64,000 nucleotides of DNA from a virus (lineage: Duplodnaviria; Caudoviricetes), in IMG/VR virus record IMGVR_UViG_3300048574_000149, positions 1-64,000 of that record; one strand, given 5' to 3'. A model generated the notes under the pieces. That model saw only the letters and a list, made by a program, of their open reading frames with translations, was not told the origin of the DNA and searched no databases. Position 1 is the first letter of the stretch. Every line of letters begins with the position of its first letter. Shown here piece by piece: positions 18,500-27,630 of this stretch. A program made the translations under genes and the position numbers.

Positions 18500-20433
18500 G
18501 ACACAGCCTCCTCAACCGCCGCGACGCCACCCTTCTTACGGAAGACCATCGAGTTGCGGCACCAATCCTTCAGCTCGTTGTGGCTGATGATGAACACAGA
18601 TCCACGCTCGCGCGCTTTCTCCTCCAGGATCATCATCAGACGCTCCAGGCCGGCGACATCGAGCGCGTCGTCAATCTCGTCGCCAATGAACAGGTCAATC
18701 GGCTTGGTCGCGCGCCGAGCGACCAGGTCCTGAAGGGCGAGGGCGCAGGCGATCCGCACCTTGCGCTTCTCGCCGCCGGAGATTCCCTTGAAGGTGTCGG
18801 CGCCGTGTGCGTTCGTGACCTCGATGGAGAATTTCTCCTTCAGCTCACCCTTGCCGTTTTTGACCAGGGTCGACCAGGTCGCGGTGATATTGCCGTCGGA
18901 CAGCGTGCCGAGATATTTCGCGGTCTGGTCGTTGAGGAAAGGCGTCACCTCGTCGAGCAGGAAGGCCCGCACGCCGGCTGGGCTGAACACCTTGTGCGCG
19001 GCCTCGGCGATCTTGACGTTCTGCTCGGCATCTTTGACGTTGGCCTCGGCGGCATCCTTGTCCGCTTCGGCCTTGGTCAATTTGGCATTGGCCTCCTGCA
19101 CCATCGCGATGAAGGGATTGACCTTTGCCTTTTCAGCAAGCGCCAGATTCTTGAGATTCTCGCGCGCGGCCCGCTTCATGGCGATATTGCTCTCGATATT
19201 GGTAATCTGATCGAGTTCGGCCTGCCGCGACGCGCGGGATCGATTTGCCGCGCTGACATCAGTCATTGACGCTTTGAACGCATCCCGTGCGTCTGTCGCT
19301 GTTTTTGCGCTCGCATTCGCATTGGAAACAGCGATCATCGCTTTCGCAGCTTGCTCGCGCAGCATTTCCGCTTTCGTCTCGGCGATCTTCTTTGCCGGCG
19401 CGATATCGGCCGCGCTGTAGGGGCGGTTGCAGGTCGTACAGGGACAGCCGACCTGGTGATCCGCCAGCGCCACGCTTTTTACAGCGTCATCATGTGCCTT
19501 TCGGGCGATCGCTAGGTCCCGATCGGCGCCGGCGGCTTCGGCCGATGTCGTCGTGATCTTGCGTTCCAGCTCCGCCAGGGTCTTTTGCTCACCAGCGACG
19601 GCACCGATCGCCATATCGAGCGAGCGAATGTCCTCCTCGATCGAGGCGCGTGCATCGTGAGATTTGAGGAGCGTTTCCAGGGTTGCGATTTCGCCGTCGA
19701 TCGCCTTGGCCTGGCCGACGAAACTGCGGATCGTCTCGACCCGGTCGTTGTCGAACTTGAAAACGCCCTTCTTGGCGCTCTCCATCGCGTCCTTGATATT
19801 GTCGATCAGGGACAGCAGGGAATTGCGCGTGGTTACAGTCGCGTCGCGGTCGCGCATTGCGGACTGCAAGCGAACAGCCGCTTCCTTGTAAGCCGCTTCG
19901 AGAATGGTGGCGCCGGACGCCTCCTCGATCAGCATCTTGAGGGTCTTGTCGGTCATGCCGGGCAGGTCGGGCATGCGTTCCTGACCTGCATAGATCGCCC
20001 CGCAGAAGACCTCGTGCGAGCAGCCGACGATCTGATTGATGACCTCCTGGGTCAGCTTCTCGGTGCCCTTGGTCAGATCCTTCGAGACGGGATCGGTCGT
20101 GTCATAGACCCAGGTGGAATTCTTGAATTTCTTGTCCTTCCGATAACGCTGGATGACATAGGTCCGCGCGTCATCCTCGATCTGGAGCTCGACCTTGGTG
20201 CCACCCTTGCCGAAGCGATTAACGACTTTGTCGCCATCCTCGCCGCGGGCGGTCACGCCATAGAGACACCAGGAGATCGCATCAGCCATTGACGACTTGC
20301 TGGCGCCATTGGAATTGGCCGATGTGTCGTCATCATTGACGCCCTGCACAGCCACAAGCCCGCGATCAGCGAGGTTGATCTTTGCCTCGCCGATACCCAT
20401 GAAATTGCGAATTTCAACGCTGTGCAGTTTCAT
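18496..20433 (-). CDS. sbcC: SbcC/Rad50/gp46-like SMC ATPase
   Basis: NGASKS Walker A, coiled coils with CTTC zinc hook, SGGE signature, FIGDEIDDALD, ISH. Confidence 0.9.
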   Translation of the reverse strand: MKLHSVEIRNFMGIGEAKINLADRGLVAVQGVNDDDTSANSNGASKSSMADAISWCLYGVTARGEDGDKVVNRFGKGGTKVELQIEDDARTYVIQRYRKDKKFKNSTWVYDTTDPVSKDLTKGTEKLTQEVINQIVGCSHEVFCGAIYAGQERMPDLPGMTDKTLKMLIEEASGATILEAAYKEAAVRLQSAMRDRDATVTTRNSLLSLIDNIKDAMESAKKGVFKFDNDRVETIRSFVGQAKAIDGEIATLETLLKSHDARASIEEDIRSLDMAIGAVAGEQKTLAELERKITTTSAEAAGADRDLAIARKAHDDAVKSVALADHQVGCPCTTCNRPYSAADIAPAKKIAETKAEMLREQAAKAMIAVSNANASAKTATDARDAFKASMTDVSAANRSRASRQAELDQITNIESNIAMKRAARENLKNLALAEKAKVNPFIAMVQEANAKLTKAEADKDAAEANVKDAEQNVKIAEAAHKVFSPAGVRAFLLDEVTPFLNDQTAKYLGTLSDGNITATWSTLVKNGKGELKEKFSIEVTNAHGADTFKGISGGEKRKVRIACALALQDLVARRATKPIDLFIGDEIDDALDVAGLERLMMILEEKARERGSVFIISHNELKDWCRNSMVFRKKGGVAAVEEAVS

Positions 20434-20834
20434 CCGATTTCCACTGCTCCGTCTGCTTCGCGCTTGTCCGCGCAGCTCGGGCAATACCCGTCGAAGCCAT
20501 CGCCGACGGTGCCCCATTCCGGCGAGCCCTCGACCGCTGAGCAGCCTGGACAGACGACCTTGTCCCCGTCCCCGTCCTCATCTTCATCGCTGCCTTTATC
20601 CAGATCAGTTCCGGCGAACGTCACCCAGCGCCAACCCAAAACATAGGCACCGTTACCGTCACCTTCCGAAATCAGGGCGTTATCAACCTCAAAGCGCTCG
20701 TCACGGGTTTCGACCAGCGCCGCGACCTGCTTGTCGCGCTCGGTTGCTTTGCTATCGAAGAAGAAGAGACAATCCGAAAGTGTCAGTCCTTCGATTGCTT
20801 CAAGCTGCGTGTGCTTTGGATTCGGCTCGCTCAT
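20430..20834 (-). CDS. Hypothetical acidic protein with C-terminal zinc ribbon
   Basis: CPGC...CPSC. Confidence 0.65.
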   Translation of the reverse strand: MSEPNPKHTQLEAIEGLTLSDCLFFFDSKATERDKQVAALVETRDERFEVDNALISEGDGNGAYVLGWRWVTFAGTDLDKGSDEDEDGDGDKVVCPGCSAVEGSPEWGTVGDGFDGYCPSCADKREADGAVEIG

Positions 20835-21211
20835 TACGCATCCTCCAGCGCCGAATTGATCGTGGCGGCAAAGTCACCACGCTTGGCGCCTTCGACGGTC
20901 TCGTCGCGCGCGACTTCCAGATCCTCGCTGGTCTTGGGCTCACCCGACGGCTTCCAGTGTCGTGCAGTGCGTTCGCGCGCGGAAGGAACTCGGCCGATCT
21001 TCTCGGATTTGCCTTCGACGGCATGTGCCTGTCCGACGATTTCGACCTGGGCGTCCGGAAATTTCGTTTGATAGGAAAGCGCCGTCGAGTGGGGCAGGTC
21101 GTGATAGACCTGCGGCAGCAACACAACTTCCTCGGCGACCTTGTTTCCACTCGTATCGAAACGGGAAATGATCTGCTTGCGGACCATCTTCACCGTATAA
21201 AGCTGGCTCAT
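20834..21211 (-). CDS. Hypothetical protein carrying the shared VEAAKxGDLASAINS-type motif at its C-terminus
   Basis: ORF after the promoter at 21245-21275; ends VEGAKRGDFAATINSALEDA. Confidence 0.75.
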   Translation of the reverse strand: MSQLYTVKMVRKQIISRFDTSGNKVAEEVVLLPQVYHDLPHSTALSYQTKFPDAQVEIVGQAHAVEGKSEKIGRVPSARERTARHWKPSGEPKTSEDLEVARDETVEGAKRGDFAATINSALEDA

Positions 21212-21244
21212 TCCATCCTCTCGCGCTTGTGTTCGCTATTCAGA

Positions 21245-21275
21245 TATAGCGATCTGCGCGAGGAAGTCGGGTGGC
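21245..21275 (-). repeat. 31-bp promoter repeat, copy 2
   Basis: 28/31 identical to 6320-6350. Confidence 0.85.
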
Positions 21276-21304
21276 GTGTAGTGGGTTCTTATTCGCTTAT
21301 TTGC

Positions 21305-21412
21305 TTATTTGCGTTGCGCCTTGATCCAGTCGCGCAGATGTTTCCGCGCGGCAGCAAGCAGCTTCTTCGTGCATGGGTGACAAAGGCAATCTTCGTCGTG
21401 CCGCTCTGTCAT
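21305..21412 (-). CDS. 35-aa putative zinc-binding peptide
   Basis: Manual translation MTERHDEDCLCHPCTKKLL...; GGGAG RBS. Confidence 0.45.
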   Translation of the reverse strand: MTERHDEDCLCHPCTKKLLAAARKHLRDWIKAQRK

Positions 21413-21426
21413 CACATATCTCCCTT

Positions 21427-21612
21427 CTAGAAAATCGCAGCGTCCTGCGCGTCAGCAGATGCTTCCTGTTTCGTTTCCCGAAGGGCCGTCCGAAGCTTCT
21501 CCGCTATATCACCCGCGGCATCCCTGAATGTGAGACGTGTCATTGAGTGACAATCCGACGCCATCCGATCCAATTCCTTGATCGCTTCGGCGACCGCGCT
21601 TTCCAATGTCAT
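21427..21612 (-). CDS. Hypothetical protein
   Basis: Coupled ORF. Confidence 0.6.
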   Translation of the reverse strand: MTLESAVAEAIKELDRMASDCHSMTRLTFRDAAGDIAEKLRTALRETKQEASADAQDAAIF

Positions 21613-22055
21613 CGTTTCGCCAGCTCCTGCTGCAATTCCGAATAGAACTCGTGATAGCGAACCATCCGGGCGATGTCCTTCTCAGTGACACCCTTGAGCC
21701 GCCGAATATCGCTGTTGTGGCGTAGGTCCTCGATCTTCACGCGGATTGCGTCCGGATTTTCCTTCACGCGCGCCCGGTAAGTCACCGCATCCTCGCTCGG
21801 AATTTTGGTCAAGGCGACGATGCCCCGCACGATTCGATTGCTAAAGCCGAGGCTCTCAAGCTCCTGCGGATATGTGCTGGTGTCCTCGATCAGATCGTGA
21901 CCGACCGCGATGCATTGCAATTCCTCGTCGTCGGTGCGCAGCCGGTGCATGACGGTGAGGGGGTGCAGAATGTAGGGTCTGCCGCCCTTGTCGAATTGTC
22001 CCGCGTGGCGTTCGGTCGCCAGCGAGATCATCTTCGACAGCATTTCACCTTTCAT
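21609..22055 (-). CDS. Stand-alone RelA/SpoT-type HD hydrolase (small alarmone hydrolase-like)
   Basis: H.GQ.DKGG.PYILHP, GHDLIEDT, VKIEDLRHN. Confidence 0.85.
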   Translation of the reverse strand: MKGEMLSKMISLATERHAGQFDKGGRPYILHPLTVMHRLRTDDEELQCIAVGHDLIEDTSTYPQELESLGFSNRIVRGIVALTKIPSEDAVTYRARVKENPDAIRVKIEDLRHNSDIRRLKGVTEKDIARMVRYHEFYSELQQELAKR

Positions 22056-22264
22056 CGTTTCACCGTCTGTTCGATGGCGCGCAAGACCATGTACGCCCGG
22101 ATATAGTGATCGCGGTTCGTTGATGTTGAGACCGTCAGGTCGCCGTTGTCGTTGAAAACAGCATCGGCGAACGGCTTGAGCGCCGCCCGAAGCTGTTCAT
22201 TCTGACCCTCTAAAGCGGCCCGGTGAGATTCGTGATTCTTTCTCATACCTAGAACGATCCCCAT
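22052..22264 (-). CDS. Hypothetical protein
   Basis: Coupled ORF; start may be 22246. Confidence 0.55.
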   Translation of the reverse strand: MGIVLGMRKNHESHRAALEGQNEQLRAALKPFADAVFNDNGDLTVSTSTNRDHYIRAYMVLRAIEQTVKR

Positions 22265-22791
22265 CGTGAATCGGTTTCAAAGCGAGCGACCTGTTCCTTG
22301 TTCTTTCGGGCCGCTTCAAGCTTCTCTTTTTCAGCCTTGCGAGCCTTATAGGCTTTCGCCTCCTCCAGCTCCTTCCGCATGTTGCTCTCCATGTTCTGCG
22401 GCTGAAAATCAGAAATGAATGACGGGTAATAGTCCGCCGTGTTGCTGGTGCCTATTTCCAGGACCAACTTGGAAGTCTCAACGTCGAAGAACTGCACCGT
22501 ATCGTTTTCGTAATCGCCAGGCGGTCCCTTTTCCGCTCTCACCGTGGCCGGCTCAAACACGTTGTTCATTTTTACGCCATCGAGCCGGATCAATTCTTCC
22601 ATGCACGAGCGATAGCCGTCGTTTGAATCCTCATTTGCCTGAAAAACCTCGCCATTCAGCCGAAACCGAATGACACTGGCGTCTTCGTCGCACCAGTTAT
22701 CAGCACGCTTTTCGGTGAACATATCCACCGCGTCCAGTGTGAAGGTCTTGCCGACGAACCAACTCAGCTCGACGGAGTTCTTCTCGGTCAC
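22249..22791 (-). CDS. Hypothetical protein with C-terminal WGxF
   Basis: Ends in a charged helix then DSRWGSF. Confidence 0.75.
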   Translation of the reverse strand: MTEKNSVELSWFVGKTFTLDAVDMFTEKRADNWCDEDASVIRFRLNGEVFQANEDSNDGYRSCMEELIRLDGVKMNNVFEPATVRAEKGPPGDYENDTVQFFDVETSKLVLEIGTSNTADYYPSFISDFQPQNMESNMRKELEEAKAYKARKAEKEKLEAARKNKEQVARFETDSRWGSF

Positions 22792-23846
22792 GCCGCGACG
22801 CTCCGCACCTGCGAGAGAATGTCGGCGCAGGCCTTCTTGACCGCCGGCACCGGTGCATCGGTCATGGTGTCGATAAAAGCGTCGACCGATTGGTCGAGCG
22901 TCTTGGCGGCGCCGATCGGCGTGCCGGCGCGCACCGAGACCGTCTCGCGCGCGACCTGGAACGTGATGCCTTTGGCGCCCATACCTTCCAGCTCCTTGCG
23001 AAGCTTGTTGACCTCCTCGTCGGTCAGGCGCAGGCCGCGGATTCGGACGTAGTTGCCGTCGACGATGGACAGATAATCGTCAGGATCGTCATCCTGGGTG
23101 AGCTCCACGAAGGAGGGCGCATGGGATGCTCGGAACTCCACCTGGTCAGGCGTGACGAACAGAAAGCCCGCCTTGGTGCCGATATCGCGCCAGCTCTGCT
23201 GGGTCGTGGCACCGATGCTGATGACTTTGCCGTCTTCCATCACCTTGTGATTGTGATAGTCGCCGGCGAACACCCGCTTGAAACCCCAGGAAGCAACTTC
23301 CTTCGCCGACAGGCCGTGATCAGGCACGCCCGCCAGAACACCGTCGATGCCGGCGTGAATGAACAGATCCAGTTCGTCGGCGATCGCGGTCTTTTCCTTG
23401 ATCTCCTCGACCGCCTTGCGCAGATCCTCCAGGTTGCGCTGCCAGGGAATGAAGGCGGCGCTGCCGAAGATTTGCGGCGTGGTGACGACAAAAATGCCGG
23501 GAATGTTGGTCAGAGATTGAAAGGCATTACCAAGTTCGGTCGTGTGCTTCTGCACAAGATCATGATTGCCTGGGATCATGATGATTTCGATCCCGCAGAG
23601 CGCGATCTTACGGAAGCACTCGTAGACCGGGTTGAACACTTCCGGGTTGATCGAGCCGCGAACGTGGAAAAGGTCGCCGGCGACGATCATTCGCTTACCG
23701 CCGCGGGCTTTCAGTTCCTCGGCCGCGCGGTAGAGCTCGCCGAGCTGCAGGCACAGGCGCGAGTTTTGCCCGGTATTCATCGTGATCGCGAACGCGCTCC
23801 AGTCGTGAGCGTGGATATCAGCGACGACAAGATCGGGGCCGCTCAT
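22788..23846 (-). CDS. sbcD: SbcD/Mre11/gp47-like nuclease
   Basis: DIH, AGDLFH, PGNHD, GDYH phosphoesterase motifs; near sbcC. Confidence 0.85.
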   Translation of the reverse strand: MSGPDLVVADIHAHDWSAFAITMNTGQNSRLCLQLGELYRAAEELKARGGKRMIVAGDLFHVRGSINPEVFNPVYECFRKIALCGIEIIMIPGNHDLVQKHTTELGNAFQSLTNIPGIFVVTTPQIFGSAAFIPWQRNLEDLRKAVEEIKEKTAIADELDLFIHAGIDGVLAGVPDHGLSAKEVASWGFKRVFAGDYHNHKVMEDGKVISIGATTQQSWRDIGTKAGFLFVTPDQVEFRASHAPSFVELTQDDDPDDYLSIVDGNYVRIRGLRLTDEEVNKLRKELEGMGAKGITFQVARETVSVRAGTPIGAAKTLDQSVDAFIDTMTDAPVPAVKKACADILSQVRSVAA

Positions 23847-24151
23847 GCTGCTTTCTCCGTCTCGCGCGGGATCGGGTAGGTGCGGACGAGGTGCTGCGTC
23901 TCGTCGACCTTGAGGGACAGCGTCACTGTCACCGGGACGATGCGGTAATCGGTGATGTTAACTCGGTCATCCGTGGGATATGGATAGTTCTTCCAGTAGT
24001 CAGCCAGATGCTTCAAAGCCTCCTCCGGCTTTCCAAAGACATCGGTTGTCCAGAAATCACCATGCTTGTTGAGAATGCCCCAGAGCGACTGTGGAGCTTT
24101 CGCTGTCGGCAGCTTCTTGAAATAGGAGCGGGTGCAGGCTTCCTCGGTCAT
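23843..24151 (-). CDS. Hypothetical protein
   Basis: Coupled ORF. Confidence 0.65.
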   Translation of the reverse strand: MTEEACTRSYFKKLPTAKAPQSLWGILNKHGDFWTTDVFGKPEEALKHLADYWKNYPYPTDDRVNITDYRIVPVTVTLSLKVDETQHLVRTYPIPRETEKAA

Positions 24152-24540
24152 GCCGCGTCATCCTTGAGCGGCCGAACGTGAAACAGGTGATCGGGCTTCT
24201 TCGCCGCCTTCGCGCGGATCTTGTCCTTGTTGTCGCGCACGCGGTTGATTTCGACATCGGCGCAGGTCTCGGCGTCGTAGCCATGCGCTCCGGTGAGCGA
24301 ATAGAGCGTGACCATCGTGCCGCCGACCTCCTGCGGAAAGTGACCGGGATCGGGCTTGTTGTATTCGTGTTCCAGCATGATCTGAACATCGGACTTGTTC
24401 AGTCCAGCGGCGCGGGCGAGCTCGATCGCCTCCTCGGCAAAGCGAAGGGCGCGCTCGCGCTGATTGGTGATCGAAGCAGCGTCAAACACGTCTGCGCCAA
24501 TGGCGATTATCCGATGTTGACGATGGGAAATTCCGCTCAT
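24148..24540 (-). CDS. MazG-like NTP pyrophosphohydrolase-fold protein
   Basis: RFAEEAIEL ... QEVGG.MVTL acidic helix pattern. Confidence 0.65.
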   Translation of the reverse strand: MSGISHRQHRIIAIGADVFDAASITNQRERALRFAEEAIELARAAGLNKSDVQIMLEHEYNKPDPGHFPQEVGGTMVTLYSLTGAHGYDAETCADVEINRVRDNKDKIRAKAAKKPDHLFHVRPLKDDAA

Positions 24541-24551
24541 GTTGTTCTCAT

Positions 24552-24565
24552 AGTCAGAACTGACT
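24552..24565. promoter_or_regulatory. AGTCA-N4-TGACT operator
   Basis: AGTCA GAAC TGACT near GCTATATT. Confidence 0.85.
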
Positions 24566-24651
24566 GTCACGCGCTAATATAGCGCGTGAAAGCTAGGACG
24601 TGAGTGGTTGTGCGATACGCTTCGTTCGACGCTAAGCTTTTCCATAGCGCT

Positions 24652-24990
24652 TTAAGAAGCGGCAACAGGAGATTGAGCGTCTAATATAGATTTCCTGACT
24701 GGCCGCATCGCTTCTTTTTGAGCTTTGGATGCATCTTTAACTTTGACCTTTAGAATAACCATTGAAGCATAAAGATGCGAAGGTAAGAAAATACGCTCGA
24801 CAACCTCATATACACTCCACGCACCAAAGACGCAGGGCTTATTGTCGTCATCAACAACAAGCTCCGGAATTATTGTCTCGCCAACATTTGGAATATTTCC
24901 TCCGAACGATTCTAGAGAATAGTCATCAATAGGACATTCGTTCAAAAGATCTCCAACCTCCATAAGCCGAATACAAGTAAGCTTTTTCAT
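24652..24990 (-). CDS. AT-rich hypothetical protein (recent insertion)
   Basis: AGGAG RBS; markedly AT-rich compared with neighbours. Confidence 0.65.
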   Translation of the reverse strand: MKKLTCIRLMEVGDLLNECPIDDYSLESFGGNIPNVGETIIPELVVDDDNKPCVFGAWSVYEVVERIFLPSHLYASMVILKVKVKDASKAQKEAMRPVRKSILDAQSPVAAS

Positions 24991-25003
24991 CACATTCTCC
25001 TTT

Positions 25004-25390
25004 TCAAATAACAACGCCGGGCCGATGCCCGAAATAGCGCAGCGGCAAGCACAAATGCGGCGTTCGGATTAGATAGGGCGAGGGCCTGGCCTTACTGCGA
25101 TCCATGAAATTTTCCAGCGTCGTCAGCCAGATATCCATCGTCTCCCGAAGGAGAACGCCAACATATTTCACACCGTCGAGGCGCATCTTGAGAAGGATCT
25201 CCTCCTCGATCGCCCAGGCACCTTCACCGGCGCGCGCCGCGTCGCTATTGGTCTTGTATTGGTAGCGGTGCAGGTCGGCGCTCTTGCGGTGCGCGAGATA
25301 GAAGCGCTCGCCGCCTGGCGCCGTCACCAGCCGGCCGACGACACGCCGCCCGCGCAGCACCTTCTCGGTCTTGAGCTTGGTCTTAGCCAT
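25004..25390 (-). CDS. Hypothetical protein
   Basis: Coupled ORF. Confidence 0.7.
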   Translation of the reverse strand: MAKTKLKTEKVLRGRRVVGRLVTAPGGERFYLAHRKSADLHRYQYKTNSDAARAGEGAWAIEEEILLKMRLDGVKYVGVLLRETMDIWLTTLENFMDRSKARPSPYLIRTPHLCLPLRYFGHRPGVVI

Positions 25391-25814
25391 GCCAGTGCCA
25401 GATACCCTGACCGCCGCGACAGGCTACGGGCTCCTGAAAGGCAGCAATGTTGGATACTGGCCAGGCCCAACGACCAGATTGCCAATCGCCGAGCTGGAAT
25501 TCACGCTCCTCAACAGCGACGGTCCATTCGTAATCGATCTTCCGACTTGCCTCGAAGACAACGGTGCCGAGAACGCAGCCGCGCGGCAGATCCTCCAGCG
25601 GCACATTGACGAGCGGAAACTTGCGCCAGACCCGCTGAAATCGCGGTGCGTTGAAGCATTTGCGCTGCTCGCCTTTGATTTGCTTAGTCGCAGCAAGCGC
25701 GATCGGCACCCCAATGAGTGCCTCGGGCATTGGCCAGCCGCGCGTCTCAAACAGCTTCCAGCCGCGGACCAGCGCGGTCGCATAGGGCTGCCATAGCGAA
25801 ATCGCCTTCATCAT
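25383..25814 (-). CDS. ASCH-domain protein
   Basis: KAISLWQPYA...G.K.FETR.W, PRG..LG, GGQGIW. Confidence 0.85.
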   Translation of the reverse strand: MMKAISLWQPYATALVRGWKLFETRGWPMPEALIGVPIALAATKQIKGEQRKCFNAPRFQRVWRKFPLVNVPLEDLPRGCVLGTVVFEASRKIDYEWTVAVEEREFQLGDWQSGRWAWPVSNIAAFQEPVACRGGQGIWHWHG

Positions 25815-26026
25815 TTAGGCAGCTCCTCGTTGCCGTCAGCCATTTCCTCGACCGACTCGATCGTCGGCTCGTCGACCTGATTGTCTCCTTCGCGCCAGTC
25901 GCGATCAGCGGATCTGATTTCGGTAGCCCTTTTCAGAGCCACCTCCTCAGTATCCGCTTCGATCACGTCCTCGGCGATCTCGCGAATCTTCCGGGTGCGG
26001 AAGTATTTGGCGATGAAGAAGGGCAA
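25811..26026 (-). CDS. Hypothetical acidic protein
   Basis: Coupled ORF. Confidence 0.55.
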   Translation of the reverse strand: MPFFIAKYFRTRKIREIAEDVIEADTEEVALKRATEIRSADRDWREGDNQVDEPTIESVEEMADGNEELPK

Positions 26027-27115
26027 CTAGGCAGCTTCCTCCGCCGGCAATTCTGCCGAAGCCACAACCGGCGGCTCATACGCTGCCGGCAGCAGCGCCT
26101 TAAGCTTATCGAAGGCGCCATCCTTCTCGATCTGGCGAGCCAGATGTTCCTTGAAGATTTGCTTGCCTTCCCACTCGACGCGCCCGGAAGTTCCCTTCTT
26201 GAGAGCGCCTTCGCTTTCAAGGAACTCGATCAGCGAGCGCTCCACGTCGAAGCGACCGGTGCCGTCGGGCTGGAACACGAAACGCCAGTCGGCTTTCAGG
26301 AACGGCCGCGCCACCTTGTTCTTGATCACGCCGGCAGAGATCAGCATACCGAGGACCTCGGCCGCTTCGCCTTCACCCTTGGCGATCTTCTTGGCGACGC
26401 CGAGCATGACGCGCAGCGAGGCATAGAATTTCGGCGCCTCGCCGCCGGGCGTGGTGCGGGGATCGCCGTACATCACGCCGAGCTTCATGCGAATCTGGTT
26501 GAGGAACAGCGCGCAGATATTCAGCTCCTCGCAATGCTGTGCGAAAGCAGGGAAGGCGGCCGACGTGGCGCGCGCGAGCGCGGTGTTATCGTGCATCGAG
26601 CGATCATCCAGGGCCTTTTCCTTGCCGTTCTTGTCGAACAGCGCGGACTGCGGCACCATTGAGGCGAGACTGTCGTAGGTGAAGCACAACGGCGCTTCCG
26701 GTGCGATCAGCTTCTTCTCGCGAATCACCTTGGCGACGTTGACCGTCATGGTCAACGACTCCTCGAAGGTGCGCGGCTTCTTGAAGATGAACTTGCTCGG
26801 CGCAACGTCGAGGCCGAGCTTCGGCGCCAGCTTGAGCGAGAATGACCGCTCGTGATCCATGAACGCAGCGATGCCGCCGGCGCGCTGTGCCGCGGCCATT
26901 GCAGCCGTTGCGATCGCGGTCTTGCCGGAGGAGGGCGGGCCGGCAATCTCGACGATGCGGCCGACGGGCAGACCGCCATCCCATTTCGAGGACAGCGCAT
27001 AATTCAGCGGCGGATAGCCGGTGTCGAGAAATTGCGTGACGGTCGATTCCTCGTCGTTGGCGCCGATGGCGCCGGCGAGGGCTTTTGCAACGTCCGATGC
27101 GGAAGGAAGGCTCAT
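26027..27115 (-). CDS. recA: RecA/UvsX recombinase
   Basis: GRIVEIAGPPSSGKT, DSLASM, LNQIRMKLGVMYGDPRTTPGG.A.KFYAS, KNKVARPF. Confidence 0.95.
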   Translation of the reverse strand: MSLPSASDVAKALAGAIGANDEESTVTQFLDTGYPPLNYALSSKWDGGLPVGRIVEIAGPPSSGKTAIATAAMAAAQRAGGIAAFMDHERSFSLKLAPKLGLDVAPSKFIFKKPRTFEESLTMTVNVAKVIREKKLIAPEAPLCFTYDSLASMVPQSALFDKNGKEKALDDRSMHDNTALARATSAAFPAFAQHCEELNICALFLNQIRMKLGVMYGDPRTTPGGEAPKFYASLRVMLGVAKKIAKGEGEAAEVLGMLISAGVIKNKVARPFLKADWRFVFQPDGTGRFDVERSLIEFLESEGALKKGTSGRVEWEGKQIFKEHLARQIEKDGAFDKLKALLPAAYEPPVVASAELPAEEAA

Positions 27116-27126
27116 GTGTTCTCCTG

Positions 27127-27630
27127 TTAATCTTCGATGAAGCCGGCATCGGCGATGCCGCCATGTTTTGGATGCGGCTTCTCTCCGGGTTCTTCGGGCA
27201 GACGCTTTGTTGGCTCGTCATCGAGCGCGAAAACCGGTTCCTTGGTGCCGACGAGGCGACCCACCGCCTTGCCGCGCGGGCGTTCGGGCGGCAATGGACC
27301 CGTAGTGGGACGCGCGGGCTCGGGCGCTGACGGCACGGTAAAGGCGGGCGTTGCTGGAACGAGCGACGCTTCATCCAGCATACCGATTTCGTCGTCGGTC
27401 AAAGCATCATCCTCGCCGTCACTATCGAGCGAGAAATTACTGATCTTTGCCTCACAGGCGGTGCGGGCTTTCTTATGCGCCGCCGCTAGTGCCTTGTTCA
27501 GGAACACGAAAGACTTGTCGCAATCCTTCACGCTGGCGCCCAATTTATCCATGACGCCAACCATGGCTTCGATGGAATGTGCGAGCTTCACTACCGCGCC
27601 CTCAAGGCGCTTCTTGTTAGGGTCGGACAT
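27127..27630 (-). CDS. Hypothetical protein (helical N-terminus, Pro-rich tail)
   Basis: Start overlaps the exonuclease stop. Confidence 0.7.
   Translation of the reverse strand: MSDPNKKRLEGAVVKLAHSIEAMVGVMDKLGASVKDCDKSFVFLNKALAAAHKKARTACEAKISNFSLDSDGEDDALTDDEIGMLDEASLVPATPAFTVPSAPEPARPTTGPLPPERPRGKAVGRLVGTKEPVFALDDEPTKRLPEEPGEKPHPKHGGIADAGFIED

Noticed and set aside
21289-21312. Short TTATT(C/T)GC x3 tandem repeat as iterons
   Set aside because: Only three 8-bp units, partly overlapping a small ORF's stop codon; too weak to call.
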